DNA from: Stegostoma tigrinum
Taxonomy: Eukaryota
Assembly: GCF_030684315.1 (NCBI RefSeq)
Contig: NC_081396.1
Location: forward strand, 4,402,001-4,450,953
Direction: 5' to 3'
Length of the DNA stretch: 48,953 nt
In this document: positions 12,040 to 25,159 of the stretch, one piece after another
Layout of the letters: each line of letters begins with the position of its first letter
Numbering within the stretch: position 1 is the stretch's first letter
Made by a program: the position numbers and the translations under genes
Notes under the pieces: generated by a model
Told to the model about the DNA's origin: nothing
What the model saw: only the letters and a program-made list of their open reading frames with translations
Database searches by the model: none

Positions 12040-14690
12040 AAAGGATTGAACACATGGTCGTCTCAGATGATGTTTTTCACGGGACAAGATTCATCTTTCA
12101 GGACCATTGGGATCTCTTCAGTGGTAAACATGACTTGAGCCAGATGGAAGAGTTCAGCGCGAATTGGAAGAGCACCAATATCTTTCAAGGGGAATGTGCT
12201 AACGTGACCTCGGAGGCTCTATATTGTTCAGAGGCATGGCATTGCATTGTGGAACCTTAGCAAGATTCAAAAAAAGAGAAAGGCTGTGAACAATACAATA
12301 GGTAATGTGAGCAAGTTTAACAGACATTGCTGGCAAGGGTTTGACAGAGCCGAGATAATACCAATAAATTAAACTGTATTTATTGGAAAGCAAAAGGCCT
12401 GACACGTCATGCAGATGAGCTTCGGGCATGGTTGCGAGCATGGGATAGGTATATCAATGTTATTAGAAATATTTGCCTCAGAGACGGACAGGACTGGCAG
12501 CTTCATATTCCAAGGATATGGCTTTAGCAGGGACAGAAATGAAAGCAAGAAAGGAGGTGGAGTGGAGCTTTTGGTTTTGGAGAACAATACAGCTGTTCAA
12601 AGTGAAGATATTGCTGGGAGACATTCCGGTGAAGTCATGTGTGTCGAATTTCAAAACGCGAAAAGGATGATCACCTTATTGGGTTTTTATTATATTCGTC
12701 CAGCAATTTGCGGGAAAATAAACAAAATATGTCAGTGAATTTCAGATATCTGGAACAAAAGTTTGATCATGGTACAGGGTTTTAACTTTCCAAACTGAGA
12801 ATGGGACTGTCACACAGTTGAGAGTTTGGATGTGGAGAAGTTTGAAAATTGACAAAAGAAAACTTTCGTATTCAATATTTGTTTGTAACTACAAAAGAAG
12901 GAATTTTGTTTGATGTTCTGTTTGGAAATAAGGAAAGGCAAGTGACTGAGGTCTTTGTGGAGGTGTACTGTGGGACAAATGGACATAATTCTAATAGTTT
13001 AAAATAGTTAGCATAAATGATAGAACTGTTCAAAACTTAATGTTCTGAGCTGGAGGGAGGTCAATTTTGATGGCATGGGACAGCGGCTTTGAAAAAATTG
13101 ATTGAGAGAAGATTTGCACACTTAAAGTAACGACTGTGAGTGGGAGGCCTTTAGGAATGCGACAAGTAGTGTTAGATTCGGTAAGTTCTTAATTGTGTAA
13201 AGGCCAAGTCTGTTATGGGTAACAGTGCAGAGAGCACTTCATGACTGGAGAAACATAGGCTCTGGTCAACTAAAAGAGTGGGATTTGAGATATGAGCAAT
13301 TGGGATCAGGTGAATCTCCAGAAGAGCATTATGAAAGTCGGAGTATACTTGAGTGGCCTCTTGGGAGTGCAAAGGGCAACATGAGATAGTTTGGCAAATG
13401 GGGCTAATGAGAATCTAAAGAGACGATGTGTTGACATTAAGGGCAAAACAGTGACCAGTAAGAATGTAGGGACACTTGAAGGTCAACGTACCGTCTGTGT
13501 GTTGAACTATAGGAGATGGGTGAGATTCGAAATTAATATTCTGTATCGGGGATTACTGTGGAGCGGGCCGTGGAAATGAGGGAACTTGAGGAAATTGATG
13601 GCGATGTCCTGTAAAGAGTACCTATTACAGAAGAGGATGTGCTGCTGTTCTGAAAACATGGAAAAATACCAATAACTATCCAGGAAATGATAAGATGTTC
13701 CCCAGTACTTTTTGCGAAGATGGGAAGAGATTTCTGTGCCTCCACGGAGATATTTGTGCCAAAATAGCCACAGTAAGGGGCAGGAAGCCTGGAGGTTGGC
13801 TCACCCGGACCTATAATTTTAAAAGGAAACGCTCTTTGAAAAAAGCCTGGGAACTATCGGCTGGTGAGCCTCATGAGAGTGATGGATGAATGTTTAGATT
13901 CTGAGGGAAAGGATTCACATGCATCCTGAAAAGCAGGAACTGCTTCGAGACAGTCAGCATGACATTTGTGTGGAAAATGTTACCTCACAATATTGAATCA
14001 GTTTATTGAGGAAATTACAAAAAACATGAATGGGGCAGATGAGTAGATGTTGTTTACTTAGACTTTCATCAAGGCTTTGACACTTTTCCGGTTGTTCGAT
14101 GAATTTATAAAGTTATGGATTCAGGATCAGCTTGCCAAAGAGATTCAAAATTGGCTTAATAACAAGAGAAAAAGTTGGTACGGATGGGTTGTCTTTTGGA
14201 CGTCTGTTATCAGTGATGCCTCACGTGGATCGCTGCTGGATCTGCTTTTATTGGTCATTTATTTCAAAGACTTTGATGAGAATACAGAAGGCAGTATTAG
14301 TATGTTTAGGGAAGACACCAAAATTAGTGTTATAGTCAACAGTGAAGAAATTTATTCAAGATTATAAAAAACCTTGATTGATTTGGTCAGTGGACTGCGG
14401 ACGAGCAGAAAGACTGGAAATAGATAATTGTGAGGTACTGTGTTTTTGGTGGAACAACGAAAGGTAGGTCTTTTAAAGTGAAACTTGGCCTTTGTTTCGT
14501 ATTTTACAACAGAGAGAACTTTTCGGATAAGTTTGTTTCACAGGTTGAAAGAATGGTTAAGAAATCGTTTAGCATGCATGACTTCACTTCTCAGCCTGCT
14601 GAGTATTGGAGTTGCAAAACCATATTGAGTTTTTATGGAAGTTTGGTCAGGCCTATTCTGCAGGATTGTATCCAGTTCTGGATTATTATT
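12040..14690 (+). mobile_element. Decayed long CR1 (end of ORF1 through RT)
   Basis: DHWDLFSG..NWKSTNI (ORF1 SGNH end), FQGYGFSRDRNESKKGGGVELLV..TLLGFYY (endonuclease), WIQ..EIQNWL..GSLLDLLL..MFREDTKI (RT). Confidence 0.88.
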
Positions 14691-14919
14691 TAATATATCA
14701 CTGTTTATTTCCGCAAGTTCTCAGCCTTACATGGTATTCTCCAAGTCGATAATGACGGGAAATGTTTGTTTATTGTCTGACCCATCAGATGTGGTTCCAC
14801 ACAGAGGTGGCCTTGCTGATCTTTAAGGGGTCCGATTATCTCCCCAGTTAATCCGCTGTCCTGAAAGTATTTGAAGAATCACTCTGTAATCTCCTTAACG
14901 ATGTTTGCCAAAATTATAT

Positions 14920-16560
14920 TTTGTCCTGGTTCTGAAGAGGTGAATGTAGGGAGGGGTTGAACAGATTTAATCTTTTATCACTCGAGGGTAAAGTTTGAGA
15001 GGTGATCGCTTTGAACTTTTCAATGTCATTACGTGTTGAGATAGGGTGTGTATAAGATGCATGGGTGTGTTTCAAGACTAAGTTGCAGATATTTAAAGTT
15101 AGAGGACGACGATTGAGAAATGACACAAAGGCATTTTTTTTTACACAGAGAGTCATTCCTTTGTGGAATGAACTTCCACAGGAAGTGATGGATATAAGTA
15201 CAGTTACAACATTTAGAAGCATTTGGATGAGAACGCGAGTGGAAAATGATTTGCGGGATATTGGTAAAGTATGTGTTTGTAATTAGATTGTGATTATGGT
15301 CATCATGGACTGATTGGCCAGTCAATTCTTGTTCTGTGCTGTCAGGTGAAGAAGACATTTGGCACAGTTATCTTCATTGGCGACAACATTGAGTTTAGAA
15401 GTTGTGATGTCATGTTGCGGCTCTGCAGGACGTTCATGAGGCCACTTTTGGAATACTGCACACAATGTTGGTCGTCTTGATGTCAGAAGAACTTTTTTCA
15501 ACTTGTGAGAGTGAGATGAAGATTCGCAAGGATGGTGCAGCAAATGGAGTGTTATAGCCTTCGGCAGGGGCAGCTTAGGTTTTTTCCTACAGCATCGGAG
15601 GCTGTTAGGTGAACTTGTTGAGATTTATAAAATCGTGAGGGGCTTTGATCGTTTGAATATCCAAAATTTTATTTTGGCGAGTGTATGTACAAAATTAGAG
15701 ATCATGGGATGAAGATGAAAGAGGAAATATTTACAAACGAACTGATGGGTCCGTTTTTTTTCAGGCAAAGGGTGCCTTGTGTGTGGAAGGGGCTCCCAGA
15801 GGAAGTGGTGTAGGCGTATGGAATTACAACAGTTAAAACGAACCTGAATGGACATATGGCCAGGAAGTGTTCAGAGCAATGTGGGCCAAATGTTTCCAAG
15901 TGAAACTCAGTTACATTGGCATCTCGAGTTTGTGCAGAGTAGTCAGACTGAAAGGATTTCTTAGTACAGTATGATCGTATGAAGCTGCACACTTTGTTAA
16001 AACTGCATAAGCACTCGTCAGACAATAGCTGACAAGCTGTGAACTGTTTTGTGCCTCTTTTTGAAGAGAAGACACAATAGAGTGCGAGATAATCTGCATT
16101 AGATTCAGTCGACTGATCCCAATGATGCGGGGACTGTTTTGTGAATGAAGTTTGAATATTTCAGTGCCTGTTCCAAATGGAATGTAAAATATTCAACGGT
16201 GACACATTGGAAGAGATGTTATGTTTTGGAAAATTTGTGGTTTCAGAAATGTCATTTCCGTTTGTGAAAAAGTTTAGGAGCAAACGGTATGATCTCTGAA
16301 TTGGAAACCACAAATTTAAGGCAGAAGATAATTCGTTCTCCCAAAATGAAATGAATCTGTGGAATTCGTTTTTTACAGAAGACAGCGTAGGTTAAATTCT
16401 TATGTATTTTCAAAGGCGAAAAGGACTGATTTTGAATCGGTCATGGAATCAACACATGTGAAGGCAAATCTGAAAAGTGGAGTTCAGGATTAAATGTTCA
16501 AACACGATGTCATTGAATGGAAGAGCAAACTCCATCGTCAGAATACCTACGTCTTTTCTT
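14920..16560 (+). mobile_element. Stack of three decayed CR1 3' ends (~14920-15340, 15340-15980, 16000-16560)
   Basis: Repeated FKVRGRRLRNDTKAFFFTQRVIPLWNELP-type ORF2 C-termini, each followed by 3' UTR-like sequence. Confidence 0.8.
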
Positions 16561-17247
16561 CTGACGTTACAAATGACATTGGCTCTACGTTGCTCACTTT
16601 AGAATGATTACATCCCTCTTTCATAATTACCCCGAGTTTCACGTTTTACAAAACAACCCAGTCCCTTCACAATCCCTTCCTTGTGAAAAAGACGACCATA
16701 ACACAACCTATTGATCTCCTCTCTCCATCTATGGTGTGACTGCATCCTTTCTGTCGTGCAATAATTGTACCGATATACATTTACTGTTGTTGAATATTTT
16801 TCAAACAGATCAAAATAAACAGGGAAGGTGAAAGACAGGTCAAAATCTCATAAACTACCACATCACACACACCATTGACCTACAAGCCAGGAATATGCAC
16901 AAATTACACATATCACTTGTTATGTAGCTCTACACATACACCAGACAGAAATCTAAAATTCAAGAGTTTAATGTGGGAATTTGTCCTTGTTGATTCAGAT
17001 ATCAAACATTGCAAAATCACGAAGACAATGGTCGTAGTTGAAGACTTATTTACACTGTCCTATCAGATCCTGTCAGTGATTGCACAGATCACAGGATGTT
17101 CAAAATAAATATTCCTCCGCATTGTTCAAACTAACATGATCATGTCGAATACACTGTGATTTATACGCAGAGTAGAACTGCGTCCACCATTCCCTTAAAA
17201 ACAATATCTCCGGAGATATTTGAGGTTAGCTGTCTCCCCAAACTGAT

Positions 17248-17826
17248 TTGTTGTTGCGCAGATATTTCGTTATCATGCTTGGTCACATTCTCTTTGCAGC
17301 CTCTGTTAAAGCGTCGGTGTGTTTTGCAAGCTGGCTTTTAAATTTTGGGGTCCGTTGTGTTGGATTGTCACACTTGATGAATTCCTCCAAAGTGGAATGT
17401 ATATGGGGTCGTGTTCAATGTTTTTATTAATCGCCTGCTTCATGGATCGCCCTCATCACAATCCATATGGACAAGGAGAATCACGTTGACAACTCGGGCA
17501 ACACCAAGATCGTTGGAAAGGCTTGGCAGAGAAAAGCACGAGAATTCCTGGAATCATGGCACGATATGAAACAGGTTATGAATAAACACATTGAATTCGA
17601 CCCCATATATACATTCAACTGCGGACGAAATCCGGAAGTGAGGCAATGCATTGCATGGGACCCCAGATTTTCAAAACCAGGTGGGAAAACACAACGACAC
17701 TTCATCAGAAGCTGTACATTGGATGAAACCATGTATGGTAACGAAGCGACTGCGAAACAACAAACCAGCTCAGCGAGCCAACCAACCTCAACACCCACAA
17801 CCCAAGACAAAAATCTGCTCCAAAAC
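17248..17826 (+). mobile_element. Penelope-like element fragment (GIY-YIG C-terminus) with inverted terminal copy
   Basis: NTKIVGKAWQRKAREFLESWH..NKHIEFDPIY (ORF 17467) is typical of the end of a Penelope-like ORF. 17248-17446 is an inverted diverged copy of 17565-17763. Confidence 0.85.
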
Positions 17827-18128
17827 TTTACAGTCTCCTCGGATATGGACAAAACATTCTCGATAGAGGAAATCACCCCTTCAATTTAATTTTCAACATT
17901 CCATCAGATATGCAAGAAAGATTAATTGGTGAGGTACAATGAAAGGCCATTTCAATGCTATCACAGTAAAGCCGCACACCCTCTGTACCTGATCGACTAG
18001 ATCCAGTTCAAGGACTCCTCCGGTGGTTCTGCTCAATTACTCCCAGATTGCTGGATACTCAAAGAGAAAACTTTGATCGAGTGACTCAAATATCTCAATA
18101 AAGAAAGACGTCAGTTTGACTGAGAGGA

Positions 18129-20035
18129 CATAGAACATAGAACATAGAACAGTACAGCACAGAACAGGCCCTTCAGCCCACGATGTTGTGCCGACATTGA
18201 TCCTCATGTATGCAGCCTCAAATTTCTGTGATCATATGCATGTCCAGCAGCCTCTTAAATGTCCCCAATGACCTTGCATCCACAACTGCTGCTGGCAACG
18301 CATTTCATGCTCTCACAATTCTCTGTGTAAAGAACCCGCCTCTGACATCCCCTCTATACTTTTCTCCAACCAGCTTAAAACTATGACCCCTCGTGCTAGC
18401 CATTTCTGCCCTGGGAAATTGTCTCTGGCTATCAACTCTATCTATGCCTCTCATTATCTTGTATACCTCAATTCGGTCCCCTCTCCTCCTCGTTTTCTCC
18501 AATGAAAAAAGTCCGAGCTCAGTCAACCTCTCTACATAAGACAACCCCTCCAGTCCAGGCAGCATCCTGGTTAACATCTTCTGAACCCTATCCAAAGCAT
18601 CCACATCTTTCCTACAATAGGGCAACCAGAACTGGACACAGTATTCCAAGTGCGGTCTGACCAAAGTTTAATAGAGCTGCAACAACATCTCATGACTCTT
18701 AAACTCAATCCCACTGTTAATGAAAGCCAAAACTCCATATGAGTTCTTAACAACCCTGTCCACTTGGGTGGCCATTTTAAGGGATTTATGTATCTGCACA
18801 CCAAGATCCCTCTGTTCCTCCACTTCGACAAGAACACTATCCTTATTCCTCTACTCAGCTTTCAAATTCGAACTTCCAAAATGCATCACCTCGCACTAAT
18901 CCAAGTTGAACTCCATCTGCCACCTCTCAGCCCATCTCTGCATCCTGTCAATGTCCCGCTGCAGCCTACAACAGCCCTCTATACTGTCAACGACACCTCC
19001 AACCTTTGTGTCGTCTGCAAACTTGCTGACGCATCCTTCAATCCTCTCATCCAAGTCATTTATAAAAATTACAAACAGTAGAGGCCCAAGGACAGAGCCC
19101 TGTGCAACACCACTCACCACTGATTTCCAGGCAGAATATTTTCCTTCTACTACCACTCGCTGTCTTCTGCTGGCCAGCAAATTCTGTATCCAGACAGCTA
19201 AGTTCCCCTGTATCCCATTCCTTCTGACCTTCTGAATGAGCCTACCGTGGGGAACCTTTTCAAATGCCTTGCTGAAGTCCATATACACCACATTCACAGC
19301 TCGACCCTCATCAACGTTTCTCGTCACATCCTCAAAGAACTCGATAAGGTTTGTGAGGCATGACCTGCCCCTCACAAAGCCGTGTTGACTGCATTTAATC
19401 AAGCCATGCTCTTCCAGATGGTCATAAATCCTATCCCTCAGAATCCTTTCTCACACCTTGCAGACGACAGGCGGGAGACTTATGGGTCTGCAATTGACAG
19501 GGATTTCCGTATTTCCTTTGTTGAAGAGAGGAATTACATTTGCCTCTCTCCAGTCATCAAGTACAACTCCAGTGGACAGCGAGGATGCATAGATCTTCGC
19601 AAGTGGGGAAGGAATTGCATTTCTAGTTTCCTCAAGCAGCCGAGGACAAATCTGGTCCACGCCCGGCAAGGTGACAACCTTAATGTTTGACAAAATTTTC
19701 GCACATCATCTTCCTCTATCTCTATCCATTCCAGCATGCACACCTGCTCTTCAAATGTTGCATTCACTACAAAGTTCGTTTCTTTCGTAAAGACAGAAGC
19801 AAAAAACTCATTTAGGGCTTCCCCAACGTCCTCAGACTCCACACACAGGTTCCCTATGCTATCCCTGATCGGGCCTACTCTTTCTTTGACCATTCTTTTA
19901 TTCCTCACATAAGTGTAAAATGCCTTTGTGTTCTCCCTAATCCGTTCTGACAAGCCTTTCTCGTGCCCCCTCCTTGCTCTCCTCAGACCATTTTTGAGCT
20001 CCTTCCTCGCCTGCCTGTAATCCGCTAGAGCTGAG
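18129..20035 (-). mobile_element. 5'-truncated CR1 LINE, same family as 27200-31136, more diverged
   Basis: Fragmented ORFs 19534-19953, 19451-19693, 18896-19402 and 18305-18664 match ORF2 (KFADDTK). (CATAGAA)n tail at 18129-18150. Confidence 0.97.
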
Positions 20036-21094
20036 CTGAGCTGATACGTTAGTCGTTTGTTGAATTCATGCTATGGAGGAAGTCAAACTCTGATGGTAGA
20101 CAGACGAAACATGTCATCACATGATATTTTTCAAAAATATCAGCGTGAAAACCAGAGGGGAAGAAAGAAATAGAGAAAAAAAACAGACAGAGACAGAACC
20201 ATTGGCTTTGCCAACATATCTTGCAAGTCAAAGTGCATATATTTGCTAACATGAAAATAGTTATCGCTCTGATTGTGCACTCAGAAAAAAAAGGTTTTAA
20301 TACGCATTCACAAGAATTAGTGCTCGAAACGTGTGCTGTTTGTGGGAAAAGATACACTGTTTTTTTCCCTTAAGTCATCTATTCTGAGAGTTCAATTTCT
20401 GTTTATTTACATAAACGCTTCATTGGTTTCAAAGACGAATTGATGTGAAACACAGATGGTCGAGGCTAGTATTTATTAGTTTTAAATCAAAACAACTTTA
20501 TTTTAAGAATGTTCGCAGTTATCAGAGATAAACACAAATTTTCGACATTAATTGAAACAGACGTTATTTACTTCCAAAAGATAATTTTAAAAGCCCAATT
20601 TAGGTTAAGAATTCAGTAATGAAAATCTTCAACCACTGCCAGTGAAACTTTTCTGTATAACTGGATTTACTTCAACATCCTGTTCATTGTCCTTTAATAC
20701 GTTTTGACCACGACGTATCCAAGAACTCATCATCGCGCAAAGTTTCTTTCAGAATTTTTATTTGAGAAAAGTTGAAATGACATTATGAGCTGGCACAGTA
20801 AATTAAATTAACTGTTATTGTTTACTGAGTTTTAGTCATGCTTATGTTTTATATTATTATTTTATAGAATGTTGATGTTGGTGCCTCGGCAACGTTTGGT
20901 CATTATCACAAGTCACCCATTCAGCAGGTTGGCACTGCGGCTCCAGAAGGCCGTCAATTAAATTGCTCTGTGCCTGGAGACAATGAAGGCCAGATCAAGT
21001 ACAGCCTGCAGATTTCATTTCCAGTGGACATGAACAAGACATCTGTTTTTGAATTTTCGATTGACTTGGAATTACACCTCTGACAAATAAAACC

Positions 21095-21290
21095 AGAAGA
21101 ACTGAAAATGCTGTAAATCAGGAAGACAAGTAAAGTTGCTAGAAAAGCCCACAGGTCAGGCAGCATCTGTGAAGGGGGAAAGAAAGAAAAAAAAACAGTG
21201 CTCACGTTTCGGGTCCGGTGGCCCTTCTTCAGTTCTGAAGCATTCTGAAGAGGTGAAGTCTTTTCCAGCAATTTTGCTCATTCGAAATCC
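21095..21290 (-). mobile_element. Penelope-type terminal-repeat relic with hammerhead-like core
   Basis: Minus strand reads CTGAAGA-A-GGGccaccggaCCC-GAAAC (21232-21206), followed by cacagatgctgcctgacctg. Confidence 0.6.
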
Positions 21291-21594
21291 AACACCTGTC
21301 CCCTAACCATTAAACTGGAGTATTGAAGCAGTGGCTCAGTGGTATTTCCACTGACAAACTGAAGCTGCCAATGTAGCCAGCACGTACAGACAGCTGTCAC
21401 AAGTAGAAGTGCATTAAAAGTGACACTCTAAGTCAGGAATAAATTTTGGAATCGATGACTGATGAAAATTCTCTTGCTGTTTGCAGAAATATCACAGGAG
21501 ACTTTTCATACAATTACCAGTCTGAATTCGATATCTGATTCTCTCTCTGCAGAAACTCACTCATCTAGTCATGTTTCCAGTTTTTATCATATAA

Positions 21595-21858
21595 TAACAG
21601 AATCCCCAGAGTCTGGAAACAGGCCGTTCTGTCCAGCAAGCCCATCCCGAACCATAGGGCATCCCTCCCAGACCAATCAGCGATAACCCACCCTTTCTCC
21701 TCATGCCAGAACACTACGGGCAAATTATCATGACCAATTCACGAAGCCTGCTTATCTTTGGACTGTGGGAGGAATGCACATCACCCTGGGAAGACCCACG
21801 CAGTCGCGGTGAGGGTGGAATCAAACTGAGCAAGCACTGCTCATCACTGAGTCACCAT
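21595..21858 (-). mobile_element. V-SINE (HE1-like), decayed
   Basis: atctttggactgtgggagg...acccacgcag is the reverse complement of the V-SINE core. tRNA-like head near 21830-21858. Not seen at the equivalent position in unit B. Confidence 0.75.
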
Positions 21859-22359
21859 CAATTCTGGTTTTGTCTTACATTTCATTTCTCCACTACACTT
21901 CTCACTTTTAGAATACTTGGTTAAAATTTGAAAAAAAAATACATTCGCTCCATATCCAAAAATGTGGTCACCACTGACCGTTTTGGAATGCTGCTGACTT
22001 GCATAACTAATTATGATTTATCTTTCTAAAGAAGCATTAATACAAATGATGGGCTTCTCAGTCAAGTTCCGTACGTTAAATCAACTGGCGGCTTATTGTG
22101 GAACTGGTTTGGCATGCCAGGTATAAAGGACAGACCTCCTCCTCTGAAGGAAAAGACTGAATCATGTGGGTGCTTCAAATCTTCAGAAAGCCTTTGATTA
22201 TTGGTAATTAGGATCGCATTCCATTTTGGATTATTTAAGTAATTGAAGCTACAATGGCATAATATGATTCTGGGACTTTACTTGAAACTTTTGGATTCCT
22301 AACCAAGTATTCATTCTGCTTCCTTCTACACAGTGTGGAATGTTTTCATAGATTAAAGG

Positions 22360-24990
22360 AACTGTAATGAGGTTGACTTCTAGAACACGGGTGTCGTTAT
22401 TTCCTCTGTCTCGTTGGACTTAAAAAGATGGCATTGAGCTGTCTTTCTGAAATGTGGGATCCAAACTGTCTGCGAAAGAGACTTCCAGAATTTTGATCCA
22501 GTTACTGTGATGAATAACTTATACTTTTCCAAGTGACAATGGCAAGTGGCTTGAACAGAAGCTTGAAAATTTTGCTAATCCAATATATCTGCTGCTGCTG
22601 TCCTGCAGGATGGATGTGTGGGACATTAGTAACATTCTGTCTATGGGTATTAATGAATTAAGAATATATATCTGATATAGAGTATACACTGCAGCTACCC
22701 AGAGTTATATTTGGACGTACTTTTTACTTGTGGATGTACTGTCAACAAAGAGTGCTGCTTTGCCCTGCATGATGTCAATCTTCTTCAGGGTAATTGACAC
22801 TACATCCATTCAAACAGGTTTGGATGCATGATATTACACCCTTGGCCTCTGCCTTCTGGACGACGGATGTTTACGGGGTGCCACAGGGGTGAGTTCGTCG
22901 CCGCTGCGTCCCGAGCTGTTCGCCTGGTTTTTCCACCACTGTGTTAATTTCAGGATTCGTTTCTCGTAAATCATATATCCCAGCATGCTGACAGTGAAAA
23001 ATTCAGTGATGTTAACAACAGTGAATGGAAAGGGGCCAGTCGTGCGATGCTCTTTAATAGTTGATATTAATTGTCGAGCAACTTTCTGGTGTCAATGCAA
23101 ATTGAACATTCGTCTCAAGTCTGGATATCATACATAACTTGTTGCACGTTCATATGGACTGCCTTCATCTATGAGGAGTTTTGATTAATACTGAGTATTG
23201 TGCCATCATCGGTAACCGTTTCACGTCCGATCGTACAATAGAGACCGAATGAAATTCGAGCAATAATAATGATTACATGGGCTCCCAACCAGCCACTCAG
23301 TAAACCAAGCACGTCCAGTGCATCTAAAGTTTTGATATTTAACCAACATTAACTGATGAAGCACTGATGACGGTTGAACCTGTAACACTACCTACACGAA
23401 CCTGGATAGACATGTCCCGGAACTGAGTTGACTGACCTCCAACAACCACACCATTTTCGTGTGTTTGTAAGCTTTGTCTTCAGGCTGCGGACAGTTTGTC
23501 ACCTGATACTCAATAATTCCCATTTTGGCTCACTCGATGCGACACTCTGCCAAATGCTATCTTGACGTCAAGGGCTGACATTCTCCCCTCACTTGTTGAA
23601 CTCAATTCTTTGTTCATGTTTCAACCAAAACTGTTATTTGGTCAGGAGCTAATTTGGCCTTGAATAACGCAAAGCATGTTTCACTGAGCAGGTTATTGAT
23701 GAACTAGTACTGCTTGAATGCACTGCTGATGGCGCCTTCCAACACTTGCCTGATGCTTGAGAATAGACTGATTGGGCAGTAATTCGCCAGTTTGGACTAT
23801 CCTACTTTCTGGTCCATTTTCAACGCTGTTGGTTAAATATCAAAACTTTGGATGCACTGAACGTGCTTAGCTAACAGAGTGGCTGGTTGGGAGCACATGT
23901 AATCATTATTATTGCTCGAATTTCATCAGGTCTCAGACATTTTGCAGTATCTGGTGTCCCCAAACATTTGTTCATATCACGTGGACAGAATCGAATTAAC
24001 TGAAAAAGTGATATCTGTAATGTGATCACTAGAGGAGGCCAAGATGGATCAATAACTTGACACTTGTATCTCTATATTGCTGTCAATTATTTTGCCTTGA
24101 CGTTTGCACAGAGGTGCTGGGTTCATCTATCTTTGAAGATGGGAGTATCCTGTGGAGCTTCCTCCTCCGGTGAGTTGTTCAGTTACCCCCTCCATTCATG
24201 ACTTGATGTGGCAGCACTGCAGAGTTTAGATCTGATCTGTTTTTCAGTAAATTCACTGAGATCTGCCCATCACGTGCTTCCTATGCTGTTTGACATCATA
24301 ACAGTTCCTCAGTGGTAGCTTCACCAGGTTAAAATCTCTTCTCTCCTGCTGTTCCAGGGATAGCATCCTGCACTTTTCACTAAACCAGGAATGATCCCCT
24401 CTTTTGGCCATAATTTACGAGTGGGGAATGTGCAGAACAATACCAATGTTCATTGCGTTGAATAATAATTCTGATTGTGTTGACGGTCAAAGCAATTGAT
24501 TTCTGCCAGGTGTTAAATGACTTTAAATATCCCATTTAGAATGCCTATAGTGCGAAACAACGCAATGGAGAGTATTCTCAATTTGAAGTGACACTTCGTC
24601 CCCACAATGATCTTATGATGATCATTTTTGTTTAATCTTGCCATGGACAGATGCATCTGCAGCCGGCCAATTCGGAATGAAGAGCTCAAATATGCATTTT
24701 CTCTCTTGTTGTTTCCCCCACCAGCTCCCGCAGACTCATTCTGACAGCAATGTCCAACAGGACGCAAGCAGCTCGATGAGCAGAGTTGCCATGCCTTCTG
24801 GTCAGCATTGCAGGCACCCTCCCTGAATACATTCTGCATCCTTGCCACCTTCAGTACGGACCCCAAACGTTGTTCAACGTGGTGGAGTTCTTATTCGTCA
24901 ACTGAGGGAAGATGACGCTTGGCCTTCATAAAGTGCTTTCTTTGTCTATGTTTAAACTGAAGTCATGAATCTTCATGTTTCCAGAATCAA
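22360..24990 (-). mobile_element. Decayed LINE of a second family (CR1/L2 superclade)
   Basis: Minus strand retains PGLVKSAG/ATSSHEW..TGGGSS..PIFKD-type ORF2 remnants. Collinear with 35110-37900. Confidence 0.8.
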
Positions 24991-25159
24991 CGTTGAGGGG
25001 TGGCTGCACTTAAACATAACTAAATCATCTGGCTGTACCTTGAATAATATGTGAGAATGTTACAGAAATTATATTATCAGGTTGGAGTGTGCACAGGCAA
25101 GATTTATTAACAAGTGTGGTTTTCCTCATCAGGAGAGACTGAATAGAGTCAGAAAGACT

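Larger units (their letters stand above)
16999..20372 (+). pseudogene. Decayed multi-Ig receptor paralogue P4 (unit A), interrupted by Penelope and CR1
   Basis: Acceptor tttgtccttgttgattcag|16999. ITKTMVVVEDLFTLSYQI, ASTIPLKTISPE..VSC, SIRYARKIN, VSLTER|DTLVVC*..EEVKL*W..FFKNISVKTRG, EPLALPTYLA, CLWEKIHCFF. The frame matches P5. Confidence 0.5.
14690..24990 (+). repeat. Segmental duplication unit A
   Basis: Collinear with unit B: shared head-to-head CR1 junction tttgccaaa..tgt(c/t)ctgg (~14905 vs ~26955), 16310 vs 31635, 16860-17000 vs 32095-32240, 20170-21070 vs 33271-34200, 21960-22360 vs 34680-35110, and a shared old LINE. Roughly 65-75% identity by eye. Confidence 0.85.

Noticed and set aside
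17845-17930. FSIEEIT similar to V2R/OlfC FAIEEIN
   Set aside because: Not conserved in unit B, and a different frame is the one shared between copies.
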